Below, one piece after another: positions 13,534-28,277 of a stretch of DNA of 64,000 nucleotides. The number at the start of each line of letters is the position of its first letter. The stretch's first letter is position 1. The stretch is from Eledone cirrhosa (Eukaryota). The stretch covers positions 103,292,001-103,356,000 of the forward strand of contig OZ024743.1 in the NCBI GenBank assembly GCA_964016885.1, read 5' to 3'. The translations under genes and the position numbers were made by a program. Below the pieces are notes generated by a model. The model was given only the letters and a program-made list of their open reading frames with translations. It searched no databases and was not told the DNA's origin.

Positions 13534-15880
13534 TCTCTCTCTCTTTCTCTCTCTCTCGTGCGCGCGCTTTCTCTTGCTCTTTCTTTCTATTTTCTCTCTT
13601 TTTCAATTTGTATTTCTGTAACTCCCTTCACTTTACCGCACCCTCTCTCTCTTCCTTTCTATCGATAATAATGCGAAAATGTTCACATCTTAATTTTAAC
13701 AGGGAGAGAATTATGGGTGTCTTTATTCCTAGCGAGAGAAGTATGGAAAATTGAGAAAACTAAATAAACATGTTATAGCACTATTAGTCGAGTAATTGCT
13801 CTTTGGTTCTGATTAACTGCACACAAAGTATTGTTTGTTTCGATAGGATAAATAATTCTGAGCTACCTCATCCTTGTCTCGGGAATAAATATCAGAATAT
13901 TTTGGATGTTGGTTATTTCAGCACTAAACCTCATCTTTTCCACAGATAATTTCATCTCTCATTCAATCTGGAATGTTAGTTATTGCTAGCACTCTATACT
14001 GTATTTTACAGAGATTATTTTGTCAGTCATTCATTTATAGTTGCAGAAACTGGAACAAAATTCCGTCTGTATGGGATTCCACCTTTGTGGTAATCCAGCA
14101 TGACTCAACTTCGTTTTTCATCATTCAGGGATTCAACCAATAAATACCAGTCATATACTAGATTCTATTTAATCGCCTGTATAAGCTTCCTAAATTCCTT
14201 GTATTTTGTCTATTCTAGAAACTATTGTCGGTTCACGATAACATCTTCAGGCATGGAAGGGCAGTTAGCTAGGTCAGTGTCGAAATTGTTCTGCACACAC
14301 TCATTCAATATCTAATTACTGTTGTCATTTCAGACACCTTTAACTTCATCTAAGCCTTCATCGATCTTATGTTTCTCTTGGAGGTGAACTTTGGGGTAAA
14401 ACGGGAGATGCTCTTCTCCAATAAATGTTTGAGTAACAGTAACTAGCATGGACTGTATGAATGGAACCCAATATTACAGTTGACCGTATTGTGGTAAATA
14501 TGTTTTCAAATTGGGACTTTCCAAATGCTTCGTGAGTTAAGCAAATGTTTACACATCCAGTTCCAGTTTCACGTTTAAATCTTATAAAAAGACGGTAATC
14601 AGTGACCAGGGGCACTTTGTGTAATGTTTAAACATCCACACCCGGCATACAGGAGATGTGTGATTCGATTTCAACAACAACTACAAAAACACCATCATCA
14701 TCAGCAACAATGACAACTACTTACATTAATGTTTTCTTTCTTTCTAAATTTCTGTACAAATTTAGTCAACGCGAACACATTTCTTTTTCGGATTAAATAA
14801 TCCATCATTTCCTCATTATTCCACAGATAACACACTTGTAGGCTTATGAATGACAGCTGAAACTGGGCACTTAATGTTGGTAGTGAACGCTATTCAGAAT
14901 TTGTGAAACTTCCCTAAATGGGATATCGCCATATTTTGTCAACTGTGTATACTATTACTTTTCATTTCATTCGGTTTAATTTCAATATAATGCCTGTCAC
15001 TGTAGTCGGATAGTATGCTATACAGTATTCATTGCCACTCTCTGGTCTCTCAGTTCAAATCCCGCCGCTGTCAACTTAGCCTTTCGTCCTTTCTAGGTCG
15101 ATAAAAAAGTATCAGTCAAGTACTGGAACTTTTTCTTCCTCTATATTTCTTTCTCACTTGCAATCTCTCACTTTCCATATCCTTCTCTTGACGAAATCTG
15201 CAGTGTTCAAACCTGGGGAGGGGAGGGCTGCGTCAAGTTTTTAAAAATGCTCCTAGGAATGCCATATGTCAATACGGCCATTCAATCCTCTCATAAGTTA
15301 CGGGACCATGCATTCATGCCTGTCATTGTAATAATCTCTTCCTCGTCTCACTTGTGTCAATAAAGAAACTATTATTTTGGTTGTATTTCGGAGAAACAGT
15401 CCAATATTTTACGTGAATGCTATATATAATTGCGGGCATATCATTTTTTAATCGTTGTGTATATACATGTGTGAGAACCATTATATAAACAGGATTTAAG
15501 GTCCATATACTAAATGCTCTAGTTTGACATCCTGTTTTTACGTAATTTGAGAAATCAAACGAAAGGTAATCTGAATTAATTTTAATTTTCCGCTAAAATA
15601 GACTAATATATTATCTCTCTGCGTTCAGCATGTGGACTATATATTGTGAATATATATATATATATTGTACGCATTTTAGCTTAAGATATGGTGCTCCAAC
15701 GCAGATTTTGTCATGTAAGCTTCTAGAACCGGAAAAAATGGACAGGGCTTTTTCCATCTCTAGAGGCGTAGACTATTTTTCATAATAAAAAAAATACTGA
15801 CAGATTCAACATTCATAATTTTCTCGACGCTTCGTAAATATGATTTATTATATATATATATATATATAAGAAAAAGTATA

Positions 15881-15972
15881 ACCCCGACGACTCAAGCCGT
15901 TTTGACGGCTACTTCTGGACTAAATTAGAATTTTTAGCCTGGTGAATAAATAGCCGAACTTGTCAAGGGGGT
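15881..15972 (-). ncRNA. Damaged inverted copy of the F5 hammerhead
   Basis: ACCCCC-TTGACAA-GTTCGGCTATT retained, but GAAA changed to AAAA and stem III partly deleted. Confidence 0.6.
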
Positions 15973-16881
15973 ACTTCCTTATATGGGAAGATTGTAGTTG
16001 TCAAGAGGATTGGTTAAAATTTGTTGTAAACACAAATAAGTCTATCATGGCATTTGGTGGGAGGTAGGGGTGGCTGAACCTGCCTGTAGAACAATAGGGG
16101 AGTGAGTGGAGCGATCAAGCGTTGAAAGTGATATGTATACAGCGGATTCTAAGGATAGTGTATGAAATGGAGGAGAAAGGTTATAGAATAGGTAAATCGA
16201 ATGAGAGTAGGAGACAATAAAAGATAATAGAAATAAATAAAAAAATATATAAAATTAGATAGTGAGAAATGAATAACAAAAATCACAATGCTAACTTAGA
16301 GGTTAATAAGTTGAGAATAGAAAAAACTTGTAGAAATTGAGTAGTAACAAAACTGATACAAAATTAAAGGGGTCGAACACATCTACTATAAGTAGTTAGT
16401 AAAACGTATTCGGCCAATTTTATCTTAAAATTACAGGGGTGGGGGAACTGATGCTACAGAGGCCAGATGGGCTGCATCGGGGTAGGCGAAAGGGGAAAAG
16501 CAGACGAGGAGGAAAATAGGGGGTGGAAGGAAGTGATAGGATGAGACAGGGGGTAGAAGAAGACAAAGTGGGAAAGAAAAGAGATAGATCTACCTATGTA
16601 AGCTGGGGTCCCCCTAACTTATTCGGCAAGTGGAGGGTATCAGCCCTTGTCTACCCACCCGGGTCGTTATGGGGTTTGAGGCAGAGGTAAGTCCTACGTA
16701 ATCTGTGTTTGCATGCGGTTACCAGTTCGTCTTTCTTGTTTAGGTGTTGGTACATCGAAAACAGCATTTGTAATGTTTCCTCCGAGCATAAGTTACACGG
16801 ACGGTGTCCTCCCGTGTAAGAGTTAACTCTGGACAGTAAGCTCCAAGTGAGATTGTAGGTTATATTATTATCTTGGAGGTC

Positions 16882-17817
16882 CCATACAGGAAACCAAACG
16901 ACAACCTGCACTACATCCACCGCCGCTCTAACCATCCTAGAAACATCACCAATAACCTGGTTAAAAACATCTCCCTCCGCATATCTCGTTTGTCCGCTAA
17001 TGAGCAGATATTCGACGAACACGCGCCTCATTACAACCAGGCGCTCAAGCGGAGTGGCTTCCGGGAGGAAATGTCCTTTTATCCAGCTTCTCTTAGCGGA
17101 ACCAGCAGGTGACACCGCCGCTCACGCAACGTAACGTGGTTCAATCCTCCCCATAATGCCGAGGTGGCAACACATATCGGGAAAATCTTCTTTAGGCTCC
17201 TCGAAAAACACCTCCCACTACAACACCGCTACCACAAGATAATCAACAAAAACACCACCAAACTCTCCTACACCACCACACCTAACTTCGCACAAAACAT
17301 CGTCTCCTCAAACAACAAAAAACTCAACCCCTATGGAAGAAACAACCTAGACATCAGTAGCGAACCGACCAGGAGGTGTAACTTCCCTGATAGATCTACG
17401 TGCCCCCTCAACAACAAATGCCGAGAACGTAACGTAATCTACCAGTGCAACGTGAGGACGGACACATCCAACAAAGCTTATATAGGATTAACCGCGTGTG
17501 ACTTCAAGGCCCGGCTCTACCAACACCGACATACTTTCCGAAACCCGGTCCGGCGACATGCCACTACACTTTCGGGCCACATCTAGGACCTCCAAGATAA
17601 TAATATAACCTACAATCTCATTTGGAGTTTACTGTCCAGTGCTAACTCTTACACGGGAGGACACCGTCCGTGTAACTTATGCTCGGACGAAACATTACAA
17701 ATGCTGTTTTCGATGGACCATCTCCTAACCAAGAACGACGAACTGGTAACCGCATGCAAATACAGATTGCGAAGGACTTACCTCTGCCTCAAACCCCATA
17801 ACGACCCGGGTGGGTAG
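16882..17817 (+). pseudogene. PLE RT thumb + GIY-YIG endonuclease fragment with stops, Hydra-clade-like
   Basis: PYRKPNDNLHYIHRRSNHP, RISRLSANE, YNQALKRSG, WFNPP, CPLNNKC, IYQC...YIGLT..FKARLYQH, CNLCS, CK(H/Y)R. Confidence 0.9.
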
Positions 17818-18518
17818 ACAAGGGCTGATACTCCCCCCCCCCCACACACACACACTTGCCGAATAAGTTAGGGGAAACACCCAGCTTACATAGGTAGATG
17901 TATCTCTTTTCTTTTCCTCTTTGTCTTCTTCTACCCCCTGTCTCATCCTATCACTTCCTTCCACCCCCCCTATTTTCTTCCTCGTCTGCTTTTCCCCTTT
18001 CGCCTACCCCGATGCAGCCCATCTGGCCTCTGTAGCATCAGTTCCCCACCCCTGTAAATTTAAGATAGAATTGGCCGAATACGTTTTACTAACTACTTAT
18101 AGCAGATGTGTTCGACACCTTTAATTTTGTATCAGTTTTGTTACTACTCAATTTCTACAAGTTTTTTCTATTCTCAACTTATTAACCTGTTATTGTAAGT
18201 TAGCGTTGTTATTTTTTTTATTAATTTCTCACTATCTAATTTTATATATATATATTTGTTTTCTTTTATCTTTTATTGTCTCCTACTCTCATTCGAATTA
18301 CCTATTCTATAACCTCCCTCCTCCATTTCATATATTATCCTTAGAATCTGCTGTATACATCACTTTCAACGCTTGTCCGCTCCACTCACACCCCTATTGT
18401 TCTACAGGCAGGTTCAGCCACCCATACCTCCCACCAAATGCCATGATAGACTTATTTGTGTTTACAACAAATGTTAACCAATCCTCTTGGCAACTACAAT
18501 CTTCTCATATAAGGAAGT

Positions 18519-18615
18519 ACCTCCTTGACAAGTTCGGCTATTTATTCACCAGGCTAAAAATTCTAATTTAGTCCAGAAATAGCCGTCGAAACGGCTTGAG
18601 CTCTGCCGTCGGGGT
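18519..18615 (+). ncRNA. Full type I hammerhead ribozyme motif, U3-A8 core variant (F5)
   Basis: ACCTCC-TTGACAA-[GTTCGGCTATTT...AAATAGCCGTC]-GAAA-CGGC-TTGAGCTCT-GCCGT-C-GGGGT: long stem II, 5-bp stem III, GUC site. Confidence 0.8.
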
Positions 18616-18707
18616 CATACTTTTTTCTTATTTCCCACTCTACTACCCTAAGTATTGAGTACTCTGGTGCGTTATAGTTCATCTGGTTCCTTACCACAAT
18701 TCTTTTG

Positions 18708-18793
<86 letters not shown>

Positions 18794-19094
18794 TGTGTGT
18801 GTGTGTATCTTTGTGGCCATCCTTCGGTCTAGACATTGAGTGTTACAATGTTCCATGATCAGATCGGCCTACTCACTAAATCAACCTGCAAGTGACTGAA
18901 TATTCTACAGACACGAATTTCATTACCGTAATTCTTACGAATATTTAACAGGACAGGACTGTTGTTTTGGATAACAGATACAGTTCATCTGACAGTTACC
19001 CAGACACTTTATTAAAATGCCATGCACTAGTATTGAACTGAAAATTGTTGCGTGGAAGACTCATTTTAACCAATTAAAAATATAACAACTGTGG

Positions 19095-19270
19095 AATAAA
19101 GGAGTCGATCGACTTTTGTCAAATCGGACCGATGAAACAATGTTTCCATTGGTCGTCCCCATTGCTAATACTATATATCGGTCGCAACTCCAGGTAGAAG
19201 GAGCAACGTAAAATAAAGTGTCTTGCTCAAGGACATAACGCATCAACCCGTCCAGGAATTGGTTGAAAAA
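19095..19270 (-). mobile_element. tRNA-derived SINE (family S2), partial
   Basis: Reverse complement of 21855-22015. Confidence 0.7.
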
Positions 19271-19991
19271 GTGATCAGAGACGCCTGTGGGAATCGAACC
19301 ACTCATATTTCGCATGCTGGTCGATCGCGTTTAACGATTACACCAAGGGGATGCTGGCCATTAATTGTCGTCTATTTAGATTATTTAAACCTGAAGCTAT
19401 AAACGTAAACAATATTTGGTTAACTTGCGATGCATTTGGAAATTCCTATTTAAAAATAATGTTGTCACAGTGCAAATAACTTCAATAATAATTTACAGCA
19501 AGAAAAAAAAAACGAAAATCGAAAACCCTGCTTTAAGAACGAATCCCTTGCAGCATTTATTCTGCAACAAGTTAGATGCTTACTTGTACCTCCTGCACGT
19601 TAGCATTACGGTGATCCATTGTCAGAAACTTATAGTTCGCAATTTAAGGTAGAAAAGGAATAAATCAACCATAATAATACACCACGTATATATATATATA
19701 TATATATATGCGTCTGTAATTCTTTAAAACTTACACACATATGCACAATGTATATTTAACGTAAAAGATCAAAACTAATCTTGCTTTTTTCCGGTTTAGA
19801 ACCTTGTACTAAGAAGGGTTACATCAAAGCACATAAATGTTTAATGACGCAAAGAACCGAGTTAACTCACCACACCACGAACACCTGTGGCTCGTGAAAG
19901 GGTTAAGTTTGTATTTGAATATGCATACCACCACCATCCACCACAAATAACAAATATCGCTTATATTGCCAAACTAATTTTTAAGCCTATG

Positions 19992-20028
<37 letters not shown>

Positions 20029-20137
20029 CTCTCTCTCTCTATATATATATAGAACACTAGCTTCTATGGAGCGCTTGCCTCACTCCTCGGAAAGTGACTT
20101 TCGCTAATTTCCAATACCCGAAATACGATCCTCGCTA

Positions 20138-20195
<58 letters not shown>

Positions 20196-20465
20196 GAAAG
20201 GTATAGAAAATATTGTAGCAAAAAGCCAACAGTATTCCATAATATATAAGTGACTATACCGTCAAAATGGGAAATGGGAAAAATAGTTAACGTAAGATGT
20301 GGAAAAATAATTCAATCTCAACTCAAAAAGAATCAGGATATAGATTCATCCAATAGAATTTAGTGAAATCCAGGGAAAAATCAATAGAGCCTTAACTCAT
20401 GATAAAATAAAGTTTAACACACTCATCCCTCAATTTGGAAAAAACTTCAAATGCTCTGTATAGTT

Positions 20466-20519
<54 letters not shown>

Positions 20520-20685
20520 AAGAGGTGAGTTTTATTGTAGAACAATAAAGCAATGCAAATATCGGAGATAAGCAGCACTCAACCCTTTTTTCCAATCTTC
20601 TATATCCGTTTAAATTTATTTATCATATGTTGATTAGACACTATATTGTTAACAAGTGTTTTTTAAGCATCATATCGTGCCTCCC

Positions 20686-20757
20686 TATTTTTTTCTGATG
20701 AGAACGCAAATATCGCCCCAGGATGATATTTGTTTTTGAAATGCGCATAATAAAATA
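20686..20757 (+). ncRNA. Type I hammerhead ribozyme motif (F1-like)
   Basis: TATTTTTTT-CTGATGA-[GAACGCAAATATC...GATATTTGTTTTT]-GAAA-TGCGCAT-A-ATAAAATA; stem III is the palindrome ATGCGCAT. Confidence 0.8.
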
Positions 20758-20790
20758 CATGGAACTTTTTTAACCATCTTTTAATTTCTT

Positions 20791-20902
<112 letters not shown>

Positions 20903-21799
20903 TCTGTAATTCCTTAAAATTGGCACACATAAGTTCATACATACAATGTATTTCCTATATCAGTCATGTTACCACAATTTTACTTTCCAATCACAATACC
21001 TTCGCTTCTAAGCCCGAATCATTCCCTGTAAATAATTATTTCCCCGGCCGAGATGAACTTTGCTTTTCATCCTCCTTGGGTCGATCAAATAAAGCACCAG
21101 TCAAGTACTACGATCAACTTTCCTTTTCTGTAAATTGCTGGCCTTACACCTAAAGTAGAAACCCTTCTTGACAGCTCTTGTCCATTAATAACTACAATAA
21201 AGCAGAAAATTCGATGTTACTCTACATTGAATTACCAATATAAGATATTTGAAAGGGTATTTTACAAACATTTTAAATAAAACACTATATTTTATATTTC
21301 ACTTGAACTAGCTGTTAAGTTTAGGTAAGATATTTAGTGACAAAGTTACAATTATTTGTAATAGATTGGTGTAGATAGTTTGATCCAGATAGTTCTGTGT
21401 TTGTAATTTAATTAATGTTGCAAAAAAAACAGAGTTAACTCCCCACTCCATTAACTCCTGTATTACGTGAAAGGCGTACGTTAGTGATTGTATATGCGCA
21501 TTCCACCAACTACGTGTAACAAATATCGGTTATATTTCAAAAACAAGTTTTAAAAATATATTAATACTTACAGATTTTGTCTCAGTCTATATAATTGTTT
21601 GTCGACAACAAATTCGTTCGTTTAATAACTTTGTTTTCTGAATATTTCTTTTCCTGTTTAGATAAGATCTATGTGCACATGTGTCTGTGTTAGTGTGCTT
21701 GTAGAGCATGCATATTTACGTGTTTGTTTATGTTTCGGGGTGTACTTATGTGAACATAATGTAACGATGCACAGGTGCATATATAAATATGCACGTGTA

Positions 21800-22015
21800 A
21801 AAGCGCGTAGCTGAGTAGTTAGAGAATTGGATTCAGAATCGTGAGGTTGCCAGTTCGATTCCCGGACCAGACGATGTGTTGTGTCCTGGGGCAAGACACT
21901 TTATTTCACGTTGCTCCTTCTATCTGGAGTTGCGACCGATAGAGAGTATTAGCAATTAGAAAGACCAATGGAAACATTGTTTCCTCGGTCCGATTTGACG
22001 AAAGTCTATCGACTG
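21800..22015 (+). mobile_element. tRNA-derived SINE S2
   Basis: tRNA-like head TAGCTGAGTAGTTAGAG ... GTTCGATTCCC followed by GTGTCCTGGGGCAAGACACTTTATTTCACGTTGCTCC. Confidence 0.8.
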
Positions 22016-22047
22016 TCGATATATATATATATATATCAACAGTCGAT

Positions 22048-22107
<60 letters not shown>

Positions 22108-22796
22108 TAAATTGTGTTTTTATATTATTCAGTGAATCAGTGCATCTGTATATATGATGCAGACAAAATAAAATAACGACACTTGTTTCATACCTTGTAT
22201 TCAGACAGGCGACAAATATATGACAGCAAATATGAGAGTATTTACACTCTCAATAAAATGTGAAATAACTACCATGTATATTTTCACAAATCTGTCTGCA
22301 ACTATATGTAGTTGCATTTATGTTTGCATGTATGTTTAAGCGAAAGTATCTCGTTAACCTATTATATGTCTCTAAAATATCTGTGTGCATTTTTTAGGTA
22401 AAGGTTCTTCAGAGGAATAAAAAGAAAGATTAGTTTTGATCTTTATGTTATCCAGTATAATCAATAATTATTTCTTCAGGCTGGAGGTGGAGAGAGCGAC
22501 GAAAACATGATGGTAGTCGAAATGTTTCCATACTAACGTTTAGCACAAGAATATTCCTGTAAATATTCCATATGATAACTTTGTTTTATTAATTTTACCA
22601 CAATTTAAAATCAATTTTGAATTAATTTTCTTTATCTTTTTACCATTTTGTGTTAGTAGCAGACGTAATTTTCATGATGTACTGTGTTAATTAAAAGTGA
22701 GAGTAAAAGGCAGATATTAATAACAGCAGCTGCAGCGGCAGCTATTTTAGGTAGAGTGGCAGAAATAATAACAGACTCTACAGCAATATCAATAGG

Positions 22797-23135
22797 GTAA
22801 AGGGTAAAACCTTCTTCGGTCACGTATTACCATGGGATTTGCACCTAGAAAGTTCCCCCTCCTAGGCACAAGTCCGGGTAAGGTTGTTTGTGGAAGACCA
22901 GCAGTCGCCCATGCACACCTGTCTCCGCTCTCCATGCCACCGATGTTGTCCAAGGGAAAGGCAAATGCCGATAGAGTTTGGTACCAGCAACGTCGCTACG
23001 CATTTCTACAGCTGAGTAAACTAGAGCAACGTGAAAGAAAGTGTCACAACACAACGCATCACCCAGTCCGAAAATCGAACTCACAACCTCGCAATTGTAA
23101 GCTCGACGCCCTACCCACTTAGACATACGCCTTCA
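22797..23135 (-). mobile_element. tRNA-derived SINE (S2-related head, different tail)
   Basis: Reverse strand: TAAGTGGGTAGGGCG ... GAGTTCGATTTTC, TTTCACGTTGCTC, tail ending TTACCCTTTTACCCT. Confidence 0.7.
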
Positions 23136-24027
23136 CAGCAATATCACCAGCAGTAGCAATAACAGTACAAAACAGGGTATGTTTCGATAAATTACTCAGT
23201 GAATCAGTGTATATAAACAAGACAAAATAATATATAACTTGTTGAAAGCTTTGTGTTCAGACAAGAGACAGATATATGTAAGCGAATAAGGGGATGCCAT
23301 TTAGAAATTGTACTGACTTAAAAAGCATTCTATCCGTCGTCCTAATTATTGTGTCAATTCGTTGCCTACTCTATAACCTCAAATCCTTCATTAATAAATC
23401 AATGTTGATATAACTTCAGTTTTTCTAATTAGAAAACAAATACAGTAAAAAGAATAAAGTGTACATATTTTCAAGTATTCCTCTTTAATCAAAAAACATT
23501 TTTTTATCAGTAGACAAACACCTCCGAAATGCAGAAAAGATAATTTGTGAAACGAAATGGGACGCTTTATGAACACTGAAACTAAACAAATTATACTATC
23601 ACCAAGATATTATCTCCAATTGTACAATAAGTCAACTAATATTGTTGGTGTAGTAATTGTAAAGACGCTCTCAAGTGGCCTAGATTTCTGATAGGTTAAA
23701 GAAGTTAACATGAATATGAAAAAGATATCGACATAGTCATGACATGAAACGTGAATAAAGCAGCAGTATACTATCGACCACTTCAATTATAGTGAGGATT
23801 TATACTTTAATGTTTACTTATCACATATTTGGGAAAGAAGAACATTCGGTTATGTTGTCCCAGAACTCCACTGGAACAGATTTTAACTACCCCATAACGA
23901 TAAAAGTTACAGTTAACCAGAGCAGTATATGAGGTTTCTGTGTTAATATTAATACTAGTTAAATGGGTTTTGTATTATTAAATTTAGAGTTTAAGTAACT
24001 AGTTATTGATAGTGATTTATACAGACA

Positions 24028-24207
24028 TAATTGTTTCTACTTTTGGCACAAGGCCAGCAATTACCCAGTACATTACTGGTACTTTATTTTATCGACCCCG
24101 AAAGGATGAAAGGCAAAGTTAACCTCGGCGGGATTTGAACTCAGTCCATAAAGGGACGTAACTATGCTGGAAAGCATGGCGTCCGACTCTCTACCGATAC
24201 TCCCAAT
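24028..24207 (-). mobile_element. tRNA-derived SINE S1 with 13-bp TSD
   Basis: Reverse complement of S1; ATACAGACATAAT on both sides. Confidence 0.9.
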
Positions 24208-24289
24208 ACAGACATAATGATTACTACTTTAGGTACAACACCCCAATCGATTCCAATATTTGAAAGGTAGGTCTTAATAATGAATTCGA

Positions 24290-24500
24290 ATTTAGTCATA
24301 AGACCAGCAATTTATCGGGACAGGAAAGTCGATTATATCGGCCCCAGTGCGTTACTGGTACTTTATTTAATCGACATAGTAAGGATGAAAGGCAAAGCTA
24401 GTCTCAGTGGTATTTGAACTTAGAACGTAATGGGCCGTAAGAATATGCTGCAAATCGTGTTACCCAACGCTCCAACGATACAGTCAATTTACCGTCCCCT
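24290..24500 (-). mobile_element. Diverged S1-related SINE
   Basis: Same central block and B-box, reverse strand. Confidence 0.7.
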
Positions 24501-25119
24501 TTGCAGTTTTGAAGTTAGAAAATAGAACTGGAGCAACAATGTCGTCAACACATCAATAATAAAGAAGCAACACTAGATAAGATAAAATAAAAACTATATG
24601 AATCAAATTTCTCTCGCATGCACACACATAAAGCACAATCACACCTGATCAATATCAAACTTAAACAACCACACCTTCAAACATATAGTACCATTGTTTC
24701 TTCTAACAACATTGCTACCACAATATCGCACATAAATGCAGGGACATGGACAACTGTAGGGTTACGATGCTCTCTTTAGAAACGCGTGGTTCCGGGTTCA
24801 ATCTGAAACCACAAAATCATGGGAAGATGACTTTCACTTTAAATAAGGTTAATGTACGCATGAACCCTTAACTCCTGATTGTGTCGGGGTGGGGACGTAG
24901 TGATATACGACGTGTTTTGGCCATTTAAATCAGGACATGTGATATGAAAAACTAAAGCTTCGTATATCACATTTACATGATTTATTTCAACAATTATTAT
25001 CACATGAAACATAAAGAACATCCTTACACTTGGCACAGCATGCTGGTAATCTCAGCGAAATTCCCTTCATGTTACACCCTGTCATTTTAATAAATGACGA
25101 TGTCTATTATTAAACTGGA

Positions 25120-25505
25120 GAAGTGTGGTAAATTAGAGAGAACCACTGGAGTATCGGATAGAATGTTTTGAGAATGTAGTTAAAGACCTTTACATTCCGA
25201 GTTCAAATCCCGTCAAGGTTAACGTAGCCTTCTAGCCTTCCGGGGTCACTGTAATACAGTAGCAGTCATTTACTCGGATTGTGCCTAAAATTAGAAATCG
25301 AGGGCGGTGGATTGGCAGTTTCGGTAGAGCGTCGAACAAAATGTTTTGCGGTCTCTACTTTCTAAGTTCTAATATTGCTCACGTCAACCTTGCCTTCCTT
25401 CCTTCCGGTGTCAATAAAATAAAGTATCCGTCAAGTACTGGCTTCGATATAATCGATTTTCCTCTACCCCCAAATTGTTTAACTTGTACCTAAATTAAAA
25501 ATTAT
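25120..25505 (+). mobile_element. Two adjacent diverged S1-related SINEs
   Basis: GAGTTCAAATCCCG at ~25199; GGGCGGTGGATTGGCAG head at ~25302; central CCTTCCGG.GTC.ATAAAATAAAGTA block. Confidence 0.65.
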
Positions 25506-26542
25506 TATATATACAATTCATAAACTGGATAATGGAGTCCTAAATGCAATATTCCTGAGAATTCCCTGCGTTATATAATGTGGCTGTGGTCAAGAGGAAG
25601 AACCGTCATTGAAGTTAGTATACTTTCTTTAGCTCCGTTTCTTTGATAAATGAAGGATTTGACAGAGCAGTCGTTATCTGTGTACATTGCTGTGCTATAA
25701 TTTCCTCTGGTATATCAAACAGGTGAATATCCAGAAGCTTCTTATAGCATGATCAGGTTATAAATATAAGAACAATTTTCAATTAATCATTTTCAATAGT
25801 ATATTCCTTTCTTTCATTTAACTGTTTTGACAAAGACTGAAATTCACAGAATTTTGAAGTCTGCTGATAATGAGAGAAAGCGAGACAGAGTGTCAGGAGG
25901 AGAGGAAAGTATCCTCTGGCATGAAAGTTTGTGAAACGGTGGCCTCTGTTAAAGACATTTAATGACCATTTGGCGATAGTAAACCAGGCAAAGGATTATA
26001 TGTATAACAGTGAAGTAGAGTACAGCACGATTTGAACTTGGGACATAAAGAGCCAGAACAAATGTTACAAGCCACTCTAACAACTGTGTCAGTTTTCCTC
26101 CATCGACTGTTACTTTATATTATCAGTCCCGAGATTGTTCGGGATTTGAACTGAGAGTACCGGAGGCCGGAACAAATAATATGAGATATTTCATCTAACG
26201 ATCGTATGAGTCTACCATTTCACCGTAGTCGGACTGACAAAAGAGACTGAGTATTGGACACAATAGTGTCTTTTGTTGCTTTACTTTTCTTATCAGCTTT
26301 GACTTCACCCTTCATCTTTCTCAAATCGATAAAATAAATGACTGATCAAGCAGAAGAATCGATGTCATCAAATGTATTTATTCCCTTCTAAATGTGTGGT
26401 ATTGTGTCTATGACAGACATCAATATTCTATTCACAGCTGTATTTGCTAGATCAGTAACTTCATATAATTCAATGTAAATGGCGAGTATGCGTGTGTGTG
26501 TGTGGGGGGGGGGGGGCTCTTTGTATGTATCATTCATATATA

Positions 26543-26582
<40 letters not shown>

Positions 26583-26739
26583 CCTTTATCTCTGCAAGCA
26601 TTCTCACTAACGAACTAGTTGTGTGAATGGTGTATTTTAAGATGCAGTGCTTCAACTGCAAGCTTACTTTCTCATTGAATGAGTGGGTCATAGCCGGAAG
26701 TCGCCGACAGAAATCGTATGACATTCGCATAATATATAT

Positions 26740-26778
<39 letters not shown>

Positions 26779-26931
26779 AAAAAAGGAAAAGAATGATTTC
26801 ACTTGTAGTGATTTAATTTTATATTATAATATTATAAAATTAAACCAAATTGTTTAGAACTACAAGTGAAGTCATTCTTTTCCTTTTTTTCAAATATACC
26901 TAAGTGTACCAAGGATTTCACACATTTTCCA

Positions 26932-27598
<667 letters not shown>

Positions 27599-27621
27599 TA
27601 TCATTATTTAATAAACAAATG

Positions 27622-27670
27622 ACCTCTACAGGACTAGAACTGTTTCATTCGTATGAAATCATCAGGATGA
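27622..27670 (-). ncRNA. Hammerhead ribozyme motif (F6)
   Basis: Reverse strand: CATC-CTGATGA-TTTC-ATAC-GAAT-GAAA-CAG-TTCTAGTC-CTGT-A-GAGG. Confidence 0.7.
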
Positions 27671-27736
27671 TATAATATACTCTACTGAAGTATTGAGAGC
27701 ATATTCGACTGTGGTTATCCCCCGATATTCCTCGAG

Positions 27737-27864
<128 letters not shown>

Positions 27865-28277
27865 ATGTTTGTGTATGTATATACATATATACATACACAC
27901 ACATATATATATATATATATACATATATATGGGATAACAAATTATCGTTATAGGTAATCCAGTTAGAGGTTGTGAATACTTCTTATTATGGATAGTTTTA
28001 ATGTACGGCGTTGTTTGACTCAACAGGAGGTTTCCTTAGTTAGGTTGCGATTTCTCGGGAATTTATGCAGCTTATTCTTGGAGTAATAATAGTAAAAGAG
28101 TGAAGAATAACATGGTCAACAGTACAAAAAGGGTTTTATTTACAGTATTAACAATGTTTTTATTGATTAGGTTGTCTAAAAATTGCTAATCACTTGAAGA
28201 TGTGTCACTCAAATTTAAATACAATGTATGCCTAATCAAATCATCGGTAAAACAGTTTTTCCGATATCTATATATAT

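Larger units (their letters stand above)
15868..18710 (+). mobile_element. 5'-truncated PLE preceded by an inverted copy of its own 3' end (palindrome with ~1-kb arms)
   Basis: 15868-16882 is the reverse complement of 17586-18630; both outer ends abut (TA)n. Confidence 0.9.

Noticed and set aside
21800-21870. tRNA gene
   Set aside because: The tRNA-like head continues into a repeated SINE body, and the acceptor stem does not close.
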